Sequence record: NC_055781.1 | DNA: 64,000 nt | Source of the DNA: Escherichia phage p000v | Reading direction: 5' to 3' (one strand) | In this document: positions 35,937-45,385 of the stretch, piece after piece | Position numbering within the stretch: the first letter of the stretch is position 1 | Layout: every line of letters starts with the position of its first letter | Position numbers and translations under genes: made by a program | The notes under the pieces: model-generated | Databases searched by the model: none | Told to the model about the DNA's origin: nothing | Seen by the model: the letters and a program-made list of their open reading frames with translations, nothing else

Positions 35937-36887
35937 ATGACACGTTCACATTACATTGAATACTTTGCCGGTCTTATCGCTAACGTTCATGCTCAGCGCG
36001 CTTCTGGTGCACTAGGATTTGATGTTCCACACCGAGATGTAGTAAGTGGTATTCTTCGCGATTTTGGTACATACACAGGCCAAGAAAATCATATCTGTAA
36101 AGATACTCAGAATGCATATTCTCATTCATTAGGGACACTGCTTCAATGGTTCAAACGTTCTCGTTTATTATCTTCTACTGTAGCTCGCGATAACATTAAA
36201 AACTTTATGAAACCGAGCTTTATTAAATCTGTGACATCTAAAACCGATTTGGTTGAATTCACTATTGTTAATGATGTTAAAAAGACTCATTTAGCTGATT
36301 GGTTATCTACCATTCCTGAAACTAAATTTGCTGATAAATTTGCTTGTGAATTCAATAACCAAGTGAATATGCTTTTTAAACATTCTCGTAAATTATTCAC
36401 AGGCGGCGATGATCGTACAAATAAAGTTCATGTTAAAGATTGGGTTACTGCAGTATTCAAACCAACAGGTAATGGTAACGCATCATTGTCAATTGATATT
36501 CAGGTTCCTTATTACTACTCACGTAATCTCGGCACCATGAAAGCCGAAGAAATTAATAAGCGCAACAAAACCATTCGTTCGCTGTCTTATAAACTTCGCA
36601 TGATGTTAAGAATCATGGACGTGGTAGAAATGTATGATGAAACCGAAGATAATGGTTCAATGTTATACAGTTCTCGCATTCAAATTAAGTTGAAGAACCC
36701 TAACGAGTATAAGCCTAAGCCTATTAAAGAGCCTAAAGCAGAAAAAGTTGATAACTTAAGAGAAGAACGCGAATATCTCAAATCTCGTCTGAAAGAAGTC
36801 GAAGCCCAGATTAAAGAACAGACTAAATCGTTAAAAGCTCTGAATGCGAAAGCGGATGGTTTACGAAATGCCATTGAGGTGTTATAA
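35937..36887 (+). CDS. hypothetical protein with C-terminal coiled coil
   Basis: 316-aa ORF, GAGGA SD. Confidence 0.65.
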   Translation: MTRSHYIEYFAGLIANVHAQRASGALGFDVPHRDVVSGILRDFGTYTGQENHICKDTQNAYSHSLGTLLQWFKRSRLLSSTVARDNIKNFMKPSFIKSVTSKTDLVEFTIVNDVKKTHLADWLSTIPETKFADKFACEFNNQVNMLFKHSRKLFTGGDDRTNKVHVKDWVTAVFKPTGNGNASLSIDIQVPYYYSRNLGTMKAEEINKRNKTIRSLSYKLRMMLRIMDVVEMYDETEDNGSMLYSSRIQIKLKNPNEYKPKPIKEPKAEKVDNLREEREYLKSRLKEVEAQIKEQTKSLKALNAKADGLRNAIEVL

Positions 36888-37192
36888 TGAAACTACGTCT
36901 TTTAGAGGATATTGATATGAGCACTAATCATGGCTTGGTTAAGTTTATTGACGATAGTTCAAAGATTGAATTTGTTCAGCGAGATAAAATCCACGGTGAA
37001 GAAGAGTTCGTTCCTCCAGCATGGAACGAAATAATGAAAATGGTTGAACGACGTGAAAATGCCGCCAAATCGGCAGCAAAACATCCGTGTCCGGAATGTG
37101 GAACTATCCAAGTCCAACTGGTTAACTGGACCAGTGATAACTTGAAATTGAAATGCCGTAAATGCTTCCACAAATTTGAGAGAACATTATAA
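36887..37192 (+). CDS. zinc-ribbon protein
   Basis: CPEC...CRKC four-Cys motif; 101 aa. Confidence 0.6.
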   Translation: MKLRLLEDIDMSTNHGLVKFIDDSSKIEFVQRDKIHGEEEFVPPAWNEIMKMVERRENAAKSAAKHPCPECGTIQVQLVNWTSDNLKLKCRKCFHKFERTL

Positions 37193-37605
37193 TGAGATAT
37201 AGCCTTCGTTGTTTTATCGCAGCTTTAGTTTTTGCCATTATTCCATTCATTTGGAACAGCCAGAATACTTACATGGAAACTAAAGTAATTCCTGTGGAGG
37301 TAGTGGAATTAATCTCAGGCCAATCTACAGGAAAATATTCTAAATTAGAATTTATTGCAGTCTATAAAGATGAGCAAGGACGAGTTTTTGACAGGCGTGT
37401 ATCACCTTCGTTTTATACGCTTCTGAATAAAGGTGATACGATAGCTATAGAAATTCGTGAGATGGATATCAAACAAACTACTAAAGATAACTTGATTTGG
37501 TTCTTTGGTACAGTGTTGTTGGTTTCTATCTGTATCACAGGTTTTATTACATGTATTGTATTTGGCATTGCATATTTAATCGATGAAAGGAAAAATAATG
37601 TTTAA
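37192..37605 (+). CDS. membrane protein
   Basis: N- and C-terminal hydrophobic helices; 137 aa. Confidence 0.6.
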   Translation: MRYSLRCFIAALVFAIIPFIWNSQNTYMETKVIPVEVVELISGQSTGKYSKLEFIAVYKDEQGRVFDRRVSPSFYTLLNKGDTIAIEIREMDIKQTTKDNLIWFFGTVLLVSICITGFITCIVFGIAYLIDERKNNV

Positions 37606-37861
37606 AGTGTACGGGTATGACTCTACTATTCATAAATGCATTTATTGTGATAATGCGAAACGATTGCTGACTGTTAAGAAACAGCCGTTCGAATTCATTA
37701 ATGTTATGCCAGAAAAAGGTGTTTTTGATGATGAGAAAATTGCTGAGCTTCTGGTTAAGCTTGGACGTGAATCACAAGTCGGATTGACTATGCCTCAAGT
37801 GTTTGCTCCTGACGGAAGTCACATTGGTGGATTTGACCAACTACGAGAATATTTTAAATGA
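37598..37861 (+). CDS. nrdC: glutaredoxin NrdC
   Basis: MFKVYGYDSTIHKCIYCDNAKRLL...; colinear with T4 NrdC (87 aa). Confidence 0.93.
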   Translation: MFKVYGYDSTIHKCIYCDNAKRLLTVKKQPFEFINVMPEKGVFDDEKIAELLVKLGRESQVGLTMPQVFAPDGSHIGGFDQLREYFK

Positions 37862-38154
37862 GTATTGATTTAACTTTCCCTGGCCCTTATGACCAGGGTG
37901 AATTAGAAGCTTTATTATATCAAGAAATGTGCTCTCGTGCCAAGAACGATATTCAGTATGCTATCGATAATCCATGGGGCGAATTTCGAGTAATGATGGG
38001 TAATCGAATCATCGGTGTCCAATGGCGATTCGTTGGCCTTGAGCCTGAGGACTATGAAGAAAACGAGCACGGTGACTGGATTCCTGTTGGTGAATATCAC
38101 TGGGAATACGGTGGTCCTGATTTTGAAGTCTCTTGTTCATGGGTAGAACAATAA
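37858..38154 (+). CDS. hypothetical acidic protein
   Basis: 98-aa ORF coupled to nrdC. Confidence 0.55.
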   Translation: MSIDLTFPGPYDQGELEALLYQEMCSRAKNDIQYAIDNPWGEFRVMMGNRIIGVQWRFVGLEPEDYEENEHGDWIPVGEYHWEYGGPDFEVSCSWVEQ

Positions 38155-38172
38155 CCTGCGAGAAAATTTTAA

Positions 38173-38529
38173 ATGACATATTCATTAAATCTTAAAGATT
38201 TCCAGGATGTATACGAAGTTTGTGCCAACGAACTTGGTCCTGATGCTCCAACTATTATTGAAGTTTTAAATGTGCTCCCTTCATCATTAGCTTACGAAGC
38301 CAAATCATGGGGATGGAACGACACTGTCGTTCGTGATGACCTTTACGTCCTGATGAACGACATGATGGTTAAAAAGGCAGAACCGGTTGCACCAATGGTT
38401 ACCATTACCATTGAAGAATATAATCGCCTGCAAGCCATTGAAGAGCTTCTGTGGAACATTGAATGTGACCTGCCGTCAGGGCTAGAATCCTGGATTGATT
38501 ATGAAGAGCTCAATAAACTCCGGGGTTAA
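38173..38529 (+). CDS. hypothetical protein
   Basis: 118-aa ORF. Confidence 0.55.
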   Translation: MTYSLNLKDFQDVYEVCANELGPDAPTIIEVLNVLPSSLAYEAKSWGWNDTVVRDDLYVLMNDMMVKKAEPVAPMVTITIEEYNRLQAIEELLWNIECDLPSGLESWIDYEELNKLRG

Positions 38530-38657
38530 ACCGTGGTATTCTGCTCGATGGGAGACTGTCGAGCCAGACGTCGAAACAGTTTACAACGACGAAGAAACGT
38601 GTTATGATGAACCTACAGTAAACGATATGATTGATTTGGAAATGGGAAGAGATTATT

Positions 38658-38828
38658 ATGCAAGTTAAATTATTGTACCGTTTATTAAAAAGTGGCAAGC
38701 ATGATTGGTATTTGCTTATTAAAACCGATCCGAATTTTTTCTCTGGACAACCATTTACAGTTCGTCCTACTAAACGTCAGCTTCGCAAAGCTAAACGTTC
38801 TCATCGTAACTTTTATAGAGAATATTGA
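38658..38828 (+). CDS. small basic protein (56 aa)
   Basis: Start at internal ATG MQVKLLY with GGAAGAG upstream; Arg/Lys-rich. Confidence 0.4.
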   Translation: MQVKLLYRLLKSGKHDWYLLIKTDPNFFSGQPFTVRPTKRQLRKAKRSHRNFYREY

Positions 38829-38829
38829 T

Positions 38830-39243
38830 ATGAATATTTCTGAAACTCGCGGTAAATGGTTCAAGATTGTTAAAGAAGACGAAGAACTACAAGTCAAGTT
38901 TCCTGAATTAAAGAAAGGAACAATCATCAAGGTAATTGGTACTACTACCGAAGATGGTTATGGCGACCATGGCATTATCGAAGTGATGTTGAACACAGGT
39001 GAGAAACTTTGCATCTATGACCGTGATACTTCTCTTTGGTGCTTCTGGGAATCCCATTCAATAGATGAACTCGAAGAAATTGACCAAGTAGTTTGTGATG
39101 GTGGACTTGGTGAATTCGAAGGTGAACGTATTTCTTATGCTTTAGCTAAATTAGCTGGTCAAGAAAATAATGACGGTTATGAAGGTAATCTGATGCAAGC
39201 CGCAGCGGAATACATTGAATATTTAGAAAGACGTTTAAGTTAA
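38830..39243 (+). CDS. hypothetical acidic protein
   Basis: Start at MNISETRGKWF; 137 aa. Confidence 0.55.
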   Translation: MNISETRGKWFKIVKEDEELQVKFPELKKGTIIKVIGTTTEDGYGDHGIIEVMLNTGEKLCIYDRDTSLWCFWESHSIDELEEIDQVVCDGGLGEFEGERISYALAKLAGQENNDGYEGNLMQAAAEYIEYLERRLS

Positions 39244-39278
39244 TAAATACCCTTATCTATTTAAGGTAAGGGTTTATT

Positions 39279-39752
39279 ATGTTATTATCTGGCAAATTAT
39301 ACAAAGAAGAAAAACAAAAATTTTATGATGCACAGAACGGTAAGTGTCCTATTTGCCACCGTGAATTAGACCCTGATGTTCAAGGTAACCATCTTGACCA
39401 CGACCACGAGTTAAACGGGCCAAAAGCCGGTAGAGTTCGTGGATTACTCTGTAATCTGTGCAACGCAGCAGAAGGCCAAATGAAGCATAAGTTCAACCGT
39501 TCTGGTCTTAAAGGTCAAAACGTTGATTACCTCGAATGGCTTGAAGCTCTTCTTGCTTATTTGAAACAAGATTATTCTGATAATAATATCCATCCTAATT
39601 TTGTTCCAGACAAAACTAAAGAGTTCTCAAGACTAGGTAAAGAGGAAATGATGGCTGAGATGCTTCAAAGAGGATTTGAATATAATGAATCTGATACTAA
39701 AACACAATTAATAGCTTCATTCAAAAAGCAGCTTAGAAAGAGTTTAAAATGA
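39279..39752 (+). CDS. 49: recombination endonuclease VII (gp49)
   Basis: MLLSGKLYKEEKQKFYDAQNGKCPICHREL...; colinear with T4 endo VII. Confidence 0.95.
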   Translation: MLLSGKLYKEEKQKFYDAQNGKCPICHRELDPDVQGNHLDHDHELNGPKAGRVRGLLCNLCNAAEGQMKHKFNRSGLKGQNVDYLEWLEALLAYLKQDYSDNNIHPNFVPDKTKEFSRLGKEEMMAEMLQRGFEYNESDTKTQLIASFKKQLRKSLK

Positions 39753-41566
39753 AAATTGAAAAAGAAATTGAAGGATTAATTTATAAAACTAATAAAGATC
39801 TTTTGAACGAGAATGCTAATAAAGATTCTCGTGTTTTTCCAACTCAACGGGACCTTATGGCTGGTATTGTGTCTAAGCACATTGCCAAAAATATGGTCCC
39901 GTCTTTTATTATGAATGCGCATGAAAGTGGAATTATCCACATGCATGATATTGATTATTCTCCTGCTCTTCCGTTTACTAATTGTTGTTTAGTCGATTTA
40001 AAGGGGATGCTTGAGAACGGATTTAAATTAGGCAATGCTCAAATTGAAACGCCTAAATCGATTGGTGTTGCTACTGCAATTATGGCACAAATTACTGCAC
40101 AAGTTGCTTCACATCAGTATGGCGGAACTACATTTGCAAATGTCGATAAAGTTCTTTCTCCTTATGTTAAACGTACATACGCTAAACATGTTGAAGATGC
40201 AGAAAAATGGCAAATCGCTGATGCGTTGAATTATGCTCAATCTAAAACAGAAAAAGACGTATACGATGCATTCCAAGCTTATGAATATGAAGTAAATACT
40301 CTCTTTAGTTCAAACGGACAAACGCCTTTTGTAACAATTACATTTGGTACGGGAACCGATTGGACTGAACGAATGATTCAGAAGGCAATTCTGAAAAATC
40401 GGATTAAAGGTCTTGGTCGTGATGGGATAACTCCTATTTTTCCTAAACTTGTTATGTTTGTTGAAGAAGGTGTTAATCTTTATAAAGATGATCCAAACTA
40501 TGATATTAAACAACTTGCGTTAGAATGTGCAAGCAAAAGAATGTATCCTGACATTATTTCGGTTAAGAATAATAAAGCTATTACCGGTTCTTCAGTTCCT
40601 GTTTCTCCAATGGGTTGCCGTAGTTTCTTGAGCGTATGGAAAGATTCAACTGGAAATGAAATTCTTGACGGTCGTAATAATCTCGGTGTTGTAACACTGA
40701 ATCTTCCTCGCATCGCATTAGATTCTTATATTGGAACACAGTTCAATGAACAGAAATTTGTTGAATTATTCAATGAACGAATGGATTTATGTTTTGAAGC
40801 TTTGATGTGTAGAATTAGTTCCTTAAAAGGAGTTAAAGCGACTGTTGCTCCTATTCTTTACCAAGAAGGTGCATTCGGGGTTCGTCTTAAACCTGATGAC
40901 GATATAATTGAGTTATTTAAAAACGGTAGAAGTTCAGTGTCTTTAGGATACATCGGTATTCATGAATTGAATATTCTTGTTGGTCGTGATATTGGACAAG
41001 AAATTTTAACTAAAATGAATGCTCATCTTAAACAGTGGACTGAAAGAACTGGTTTTGCTTTTAGTTTGTATTCTACTCCTGCTGAAAACCTTTGTTATCG
41101 CTTCTGTAAACTCGATACAGAAAAATATGGAAGTGTAAAAGATGTTACCGATAAAGGCTGGTACACTAACAGTTTCCACGTTTCAGTAGAAGAAAATATT
41201 ACTCCGTTTGAAAAGATTTCTCGTGAAGCGCCATATCATTTCATTGCGACAGGTGGTCACATTTCTTATGTTGAACTTCCAGATATGAAAAACAATTTAA
41301 AGGGACTTGAGGCCGTCTGGGATTATGCTGCACAACATTTAGATTATTTTGGTGTTAATATGCCAGTGGATAAATGTTTTACATGTGGAAGTACCCATGA
41401 AATGACTCCTACTGAAAACGGATTTGTTTGTTCAGTTTGCGGAGAAACTGATCCTAAAAAGATGAACACCATAAGAAGAACATGCGGTTATTTGGGAAAT
41501 CCGAACGAACGCGGATTTAATCTCGGTAAAAATAAAGAAATCATGCATAGGGTTAAACACCAATGA
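39749..41566 (+). CDS. nrdD: anaerobic ribonucleoside-triphosphate reductase NrdD
   Basis: 605 aa; C-terminal glycyl radical motif RRTCGYLGN; uninterrupted ORF. Confidence 0.93.
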   Translation: MKIEKEIEGLIYKTNKDLLNENANKDSRVFPTQRDLMAGIVSKHIAKNMVPSFIMNAHESGIIHMHDIDYSPALPFTNCCLVDLKGMLENGFKLGNAQIETPKSIGVATAIMAQITAQVASHQYGGTTFANVDKVLSPYVKRTYAKHVEDAEKWQIADALNYAQSKTEKDVYDAFQAYEYEVNTLFSSNGQTPFVTITFGTGTDWTERMIQKAILKNRIKGLGRDGITPIFPKLVMFVEEGVNLYKDDPNYDIKQLALECASKRMYPDIISVKNNKAITGSSVPVSPMGCRSFLSVWKDSTGNEILDGRNNLGVVTLNLPRIALDSYIGTQFNEQKFVELFNERMDLCFEALMCRISSLKGVKATVAPILYQEGAFGVRLKPDDDIIELFKNGRSSVSLGYIGIHELNILVGRDIGQEILTKMNAHLKQWTERTGFAFSLYSTPAENLCYRFCKLDTEKYGSVKDVTDKGWYTNSFHVSVEENITPFEKISREAPYHFIATGGHISYVELPDMKNNLKGLEAVWDYAAQHLDYFGVNMPVDKCFTCGSTHEMTPTENGFVCSVCGETDPKKMNTIRRTCGYLGNPNERGFNLGKNKEIMHRVKHQ

Positions 41567-42033
41567 ATTATGATAGATTTTATCCTTGCGATTTTGTGAA
41601 TGGCCCGGGATGCAGGGTCGTTCTTTTCGTTACGGGTTGTTTGCATAAATGCGAAGGGTGTTATAATAAATCAACATGGAATGCTAGAAATGGTATTCCA
41701 TTCACTGGTGAAACACTAGAACAATTAATTGAATGTTTGAATAATGATTATATAGAAGGATTAACTATAACCGGAGGTGACCCTCTCTATCCTGATAACC
41801 GAGATGTTATTCATTGCATTGCTCAAACAGTAAAAAATCTTTATCCCAATAAAAGCATTTGGTTGTGGACAGGATATAAGTTTGAAGATATTAAACAACT
41901 AGAAATGCTTAAATATGTTGATGTTATTATTGATGGGAAGTATGAGAAAAATCTTCCGACTAAAAAGCTGTGGCGAGGATCAGATAATCAGCGACTTTGG
42001 TCAAATACCGATGGGGTGTGGAAACATGATTAA
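41563..42033 (+). CDS. nrdG: anaerobic ribonucleotide reductase activating protein NrdG
   Basis: Radical SAM CxxxCxxC (CLHKCEGCYN); follows nrdD with overlap. Confidence 0.9.
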   Translation: MNYDRFYPCDFVNGPGCRVVLFVTGCLHKCEGCYNKSTWNARNGIPFTGETLEQLIECLNNDYIEGLTITGGDPLYPDNRDVIHCIAQTVKNLYPNKSIWLWTGYKFEDIKQLEMLKYVDVIIDGKYEKNLPTKKLWRGSDNQRLWSNTDGVWKHD

Positions 42034-42143
42034 ATTGAATTACATTATGGATACTATAAATGATATGATTTTTCGTTTTGGTCCAGAATTTTATTCGCAA
42101 TATAGTTTAATGATTATCAATGCTTAGTTAATTAAGGGTAAAT

Positions 42144-42359
42144 ATGTACAAATTTCGTAAAGGTTTAGCTGATTTTCTTACAACTGTAACGTTCTTTTTG
42201 TTTATGGCAGTTGGAGCTATTTTTCTTATTCCTTTTACTGGTGTATTTTTCGTGATTAGTTTAATTTCTCCAGAAAAGGGTTTATCCTCCAGCGAATTCA
42301 ATGAACGTTTGGACAAAATTACTAATAAACTGAATTCTGTTCTTGATAAAAAGGCTTAA
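42144..42359 (+). CDS. small membrane protein
   Basis: 71 aa, two hydrophobic helices. Confidence 0.55.
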   Translation: MYKFRKGLADFLTTVTFFLFMAVGAIFLIPFTGVFFVISLISPEKGLSSSEFNERLDKITNKLNSVLDKKA

Positions 42360-42361
42360 TT

Positions 42362-42679
42362 ATGATTAGTTTTGAGCGGTATGTAGTAGAGAGTTGGAAT
42401 GGTTTTGATATGTTCGGTAATGACTATTATTTCTATGAATGTAGTCTGAACCCAAGCTTCTGGGCTGGACGTGAACAAGACCTCGAAGAAATCAACGCTC
42501 GTGCCGATTTGTTAGGTGAACTGCCTACGGTTTATTTTACCTTTGATGAATCCGGCTTCGTTATCCAGGTTTATTTTCCTGAAGAAAACTCTGGTGAGGA
42601 TTCTGTTAATCCTCCTTATTGGGCTTACCAAGGAATTATTTCTCGTGGAACAAAACTCGAACTTAAAGAACAAGATTGA
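42362..42679 (+). CDS. hypothetical protein
   Basis: 105-aa ORF. Confidence 0.55.
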   Translation: MISFERYVVESWNGFDMFGNDYYFYECSLNPSFWAGREQDLEEINARADLLGELPTVYFTFDESGFVIQVYFPEENSGEDSVNPPYWAYQGIISRGTKLELKEQD

Positions 42680-42968
42680 AATTTATGGCATCCCTGAAGA
42701 AGTTGGACGTTGTCCAGGATGTTATACTGTTACAAAACTTTTAAAGGAGCTCAATGCTCCTTATACATTTTATAAAGTCCTCACTAATAATGGTAAGATT
42801 GAATATGACCGTCCTTTAATCGTATCTCTTGCTAAACGTGCAGGATTCACTTCACTTAATATTCGTTATCCTGTCATATTTTTAAATGATAAGAAACAAA
42901 AGAATATTGCAGAGTTTAAAAAGTCCTTGATTTCATTAGGATATGACTCTGATATCATAGAAGATTGA
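42645..42968 (+). CDS. glutaredoxin-like protein (NrdH-position), probable GTG start
   Basis: KIEIYGIPEEVGRCPGCY thioredoxin-fold CxxC resembling NrdC N-terminus; no in-frame ATG near domain start; GTG 42645 with AAGGA upstream. Confidence 0.55.
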   Translation: MEQNSNLKNKIEIYGIPEEVGRCPGCYTVTKLLKELNAPYTFYKVLTNNGKIEYDRPLIVSLAKRAGFTSLNIRYPVIFLNDKKQKNIAEFKKSLISLGYDSDIIED

Positions 42969-43133
42969 CCAGGTGCCGCCTGGTCTTCTTTATCCCATTT
43001 CCAATATAATCTATTGGAATCTTCACTTCACTATCTCCTTGTGCCCCTCTCAAACCAAAAATATTTTCATAAAACAGTTTACATCCTCAATAGTTGTGTT
43101 AAGATTAAACCATCTACTATAGAGGAAAATAAA

Positions 43134-43316
43134 ATGACAATTGAAGATAAAGAAATTAAGGTTGACCAGTACTATTCTGTCAACGGTAATGCAGTACAGA
43201 TAACCAGAGTTTCAAGCCTGGATGTTTGGTACCGTTCAATCAAATATCCAGAAATTGGTGAAATGCTTTGTGACCGTGGTATCTTCTGTTCAATTGCAAA
43301 GGAAATTAAGCCATGA
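43134..43316 (+). CDS. hypothetical protein
   Basis: Start at MTIEDKEIK with GAGGA SD; 60 aa. Confidence 0.5.
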   Translation: MTIEDKEIKVDQYYSVNGNAVQITRVSSLDVWYRSIKYPEIGEMLCDRGIFCSIAKEIKP

Positions 43317-43561
43317 TTAGTTTAGACTCAAAGAAAGTTGTTCTAACCCTTAAAGTTAATGACGAGCGACTGGTATTCATTACCATTTCCGATTTACATG
43401 TTGAAATTGCTAATGGCGTCCGTACTTATCAAGCAAATAAAACTCATTGGGATTATATCCCGATGTTGACGCTTACTCAGCGTTTAGAATCAATCGGTCT
43501 TAAAGACCTTTCAGTAAGTGAAGTGAATTTTATCAAACGTGTCGTATCAATCAACCTCTGA
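43313..43561 (+). CDS. hypothetical protein
   Basis: 82-aa ORF, ATGA-coupled. Confidence 0.5.
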   Translation: MISLDSKKVVLTLKVNDERLVFITISDLHVEIANGVRTYQANKTHWDYIPMLTLTQRLESIGLKDLSVSEVNFIKRVVSINL

Positions 43562-43568
43562 GGTACTT

Positions 43569-43862
43569 ATGGGTAAAACATATCGTCGTAAAGATTTGAA
43601 AGTTCGCGATTATGACTATTTTGGTAAGCGTAAAGCTCCTGACGGTGTTAGCCACAAGGACATGGTTGAAAACATTTTCCGCTCAGATAAATGGAAACGT
43701 ATGAAAGGAGTTGATTCTGAAGTCAAGAATGAAATGAATCGACAACTCCGCAAAGAAGTTCGTAAGTTGAAAAAAGATGTTTACAGTAAAGAAGAGTATG
43801 ATTATAATACTTCTCATACTGAAGCCAAACGTAAAGCTAACGAATGTTATCGTTACAGTTGA
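43569..43862 (+). CDS. hypothetical basic protein
   Basis: Start at MGKTYRRKDL with GAGGT SD. Confidence 0.55.
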   Translation: MGKTYRRKDLKVRDYDYFGKRKAPDGVSHKDMVENIFRSDKWKRMKGVDSEVKNEMNRQLRKEVRKLKKDVYSKEEYDYNTSHTEAKRKANECYRYS

Positions 43863-43869
43863 GGAAATT

Positions 43870-44004
43870 ATGAATATCAAACGAATGCTTTTTAAGCAGG
43901 GATTATATACTTTAAATGTTAATCCAAAGGGTGATACAACTAAATGGTCTGTAAATGACTGGATTAAGTTCATCGATGAAAATGGGGCGTGGAACACAAA
44001 ATGA
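43870..44004 (+). CDS. small hypothetical protein (44 aa)
   Basis: Start MNIKRMLFK with GAGGA SD; upstream part of track ORF is in overlap with preceding gene. Confidence 0.4.
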   Translation: MNIKRMLFKQGLYTLNVNPKGDTTKWSVNDWIKFIDENGAWNTK

Positions 44005-44201
44005 ATCCTGAAAATATTGTGTCATGGCAACTTCGTGAAGAACGTGCCGAATTCTTTGCCAATATGAAACTCAACGGTGTTGAGGATGAAGACTTTTTAC
44101 GCTGGTTCTGGATTTACAAATACAAAGAATGCCAACATGCTGTGCTATTGACTTGCGCAATTATGTACGAAGGCTGGAAAGGCGCTAAAAAGTTCGGTTA
44201 A
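44001..44201 (+). CDS. hypothetical protein
   Basis: Start at MNPENIV, ATGA-coupled. Confidence 0.5.
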   Translation: MNPENIVSWQLREERAEFFANMKLNGVEDEDFLRWFWIYKYKECQHAVLLTCAIMYEGWKGAKKFG

Positions 44202-44203
44202 TA

Positions 44204-44239
44204 GTTTATGATGGTAGGAAGAAGTGTTATCTTCCTACC
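44204..44239 (+). promoter_or_regulatory. promoter-like cassette with 10-bp inverted repeat GGTAGGAAGA/TCTTCCTACC
   Basis: GTTTAT then perfect inverted repeat; upstream of gene at 44257. Confidence 0.45.
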
Positions 44240-44256
44240 AATTTGAGGAGAATATC

Positions 44257-44496
44257 ATGGAACAAGAATTAGACATTATTACATCGAAAAAACGTCTTGA
44301 AGTTGTAGTGAACGGCTCAACTATTAAGTTTGTATATGACACTTTAACTGATGCTATTACCGTTAGTTGTGGCGGAAAGGCTTTTAGTCTAGATTCTACT
44401 GAAAACAAATACCCGTTCTATAAAGGTATCTTTGATATGGGTGTTGATATCAGTGTTCGTCAAGCAAACTATTTACATTATCTTATCACGAAATAA
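44257..44496 (+). CDS. hypothetical protein
   Basis: Start at MEQELDII with GAGGAG SD. Confidence 0.55.
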   Translation: MEQELDIITSKKRLEVVVNGSTIKFVYDTLTDAITVSCGGKAFSLDSTENKYPFYKGIFDMGVDISVRQANYLHYLITK

Positions 44497-44499
44497 CGC

Positions 44500-44544
44500 A
44501 CAAACTCTTGAGAGCAGAGTATAATGCTCTCGTTGGATAATAAA
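44500..44544. repeat. 45-bp exact direct repeat of promoter cassette at 15435-15479
   Basis: ACAAACTCTTGAGAGCAGAGTATAATGCTCTCGTTGGATAATAAA present identically at both sites; contains TATAAT flanked by GAGAGCA/TGCTCTC. Confidence 0.85.
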
Positions 44545-44562
44545 ATAACAGAGGAAAATAAT

Positions 44563-44895
44563 ATGTCTACTAAAATCAAAAACGTAGTGAACTCTTTCGC
44601 TTTCGATAAAGTTGTTAGTCTTCTAGAAAAAGGTGGTATTGTTACTCCTCAAGTTCTTGACGCGTGGGAATTCCGTCTTTATGAAATCATGCAAAAACAC
44701 GACCAGAAAATTGGACGTAATTCTATTCGTGAAATTCTAGTACAATATATTCTTTCTGAATTTGACGTTGCCGCATTTGGTGTTGAATCTAAAGCTTATC
44801 AGAAACATGAAATCTCTGAAAAAACTATCCGTCGTATGAAAAATCAACGTAAGAAAAAATTCGCTGACTTGAAAATTGTTAAGGCGGTAAAATGA
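44563..44895 (+). CDS. hypothetical protein
   Basis: Start at MSTKIKNV with GAGGAAA SD; 110 aa. Confidence 0.6.
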   Translation: MSTKIKNVVNSFAFDKVVSLLEKGGIVTPQVLDAWEFRLYEIMQKHDQKIGRNSIREILVQYILSEFDVAAFGVESKAYQKHEISEKTIRRMKNQRKKKFADLKIVKAVK

Positions 44896-45119
44896 GCATA
44901 CTAACAGAAACTTTGATTAATGATCTGCGTCTAGCTGGTTACGAAGTTGGTACAAATAGTCTAGGTCTTCCTCAGATCGAAGGTCCTGGATTTATTCTAG
45001 AATACGAATTCAAACAATGGTGGTTATATGCTACGGTTGACGATGCGTTGAATATTGATTTCGTTGACCAATTTGATTCATTGGATGCTGCCTTATTTGC
45101 AGCAAAGGAACTAGAATGA
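44892..45119 (+). CDS. hypothetical acidic protein
   Basis: 75-aa ORF, ATGA-coupled. Confidence 0.55.
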   Translation: MSILTETLINDLRLAGYEVGTNSLGLPQIEGPGFILEYEFKQWWLYATVDDALNIDFVDQFDSLDAALFAAKELE

Positions 45120-45385
45120 AATTAACTCGAATCAGTATAACTGAAGAAAAGCTGGGCGAATTTTACGTCGACAACTTTATGAAAGTTACGTATTTTCCAT
45201 TTGTTAAAGGTGTCGGTTTTTGGGAAACTCATGTATCTCAATTAAACGAAGGCGACTATAACGAAACACATGAGAACTTTTTAGATTTTCTTTATGGAGC
45301 TGGATTAACCGAGCTTTATATTGATATACATGAGTTCAAACGTTTAATGGAAAAAGTATTCCAGGCGTATTGTTTGCTCCGATAG
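45116..45385 (+). CDS. hypothetical protein
   Basis: 89-aa ORF, ATGA-coupled. Confidence 0.55.
   Translation: MKLTRISITEEKLGEFYVDNFMKVTYFPFVKGVGFWETHVSQLNEGDYNETHENFLDFLYGAGLTELYIDIHEFKRLMEKVFQAYCLLR

Noticed and set aside
42516-42675. ATG at 42516 as start of the glutaredoxin-like gene (150-aa track ORF)
   Set aside because: Would add a 50-residue hydrophobic low-complexity extension lying entirely inside the upstream ORF; GTG 42645 preferred
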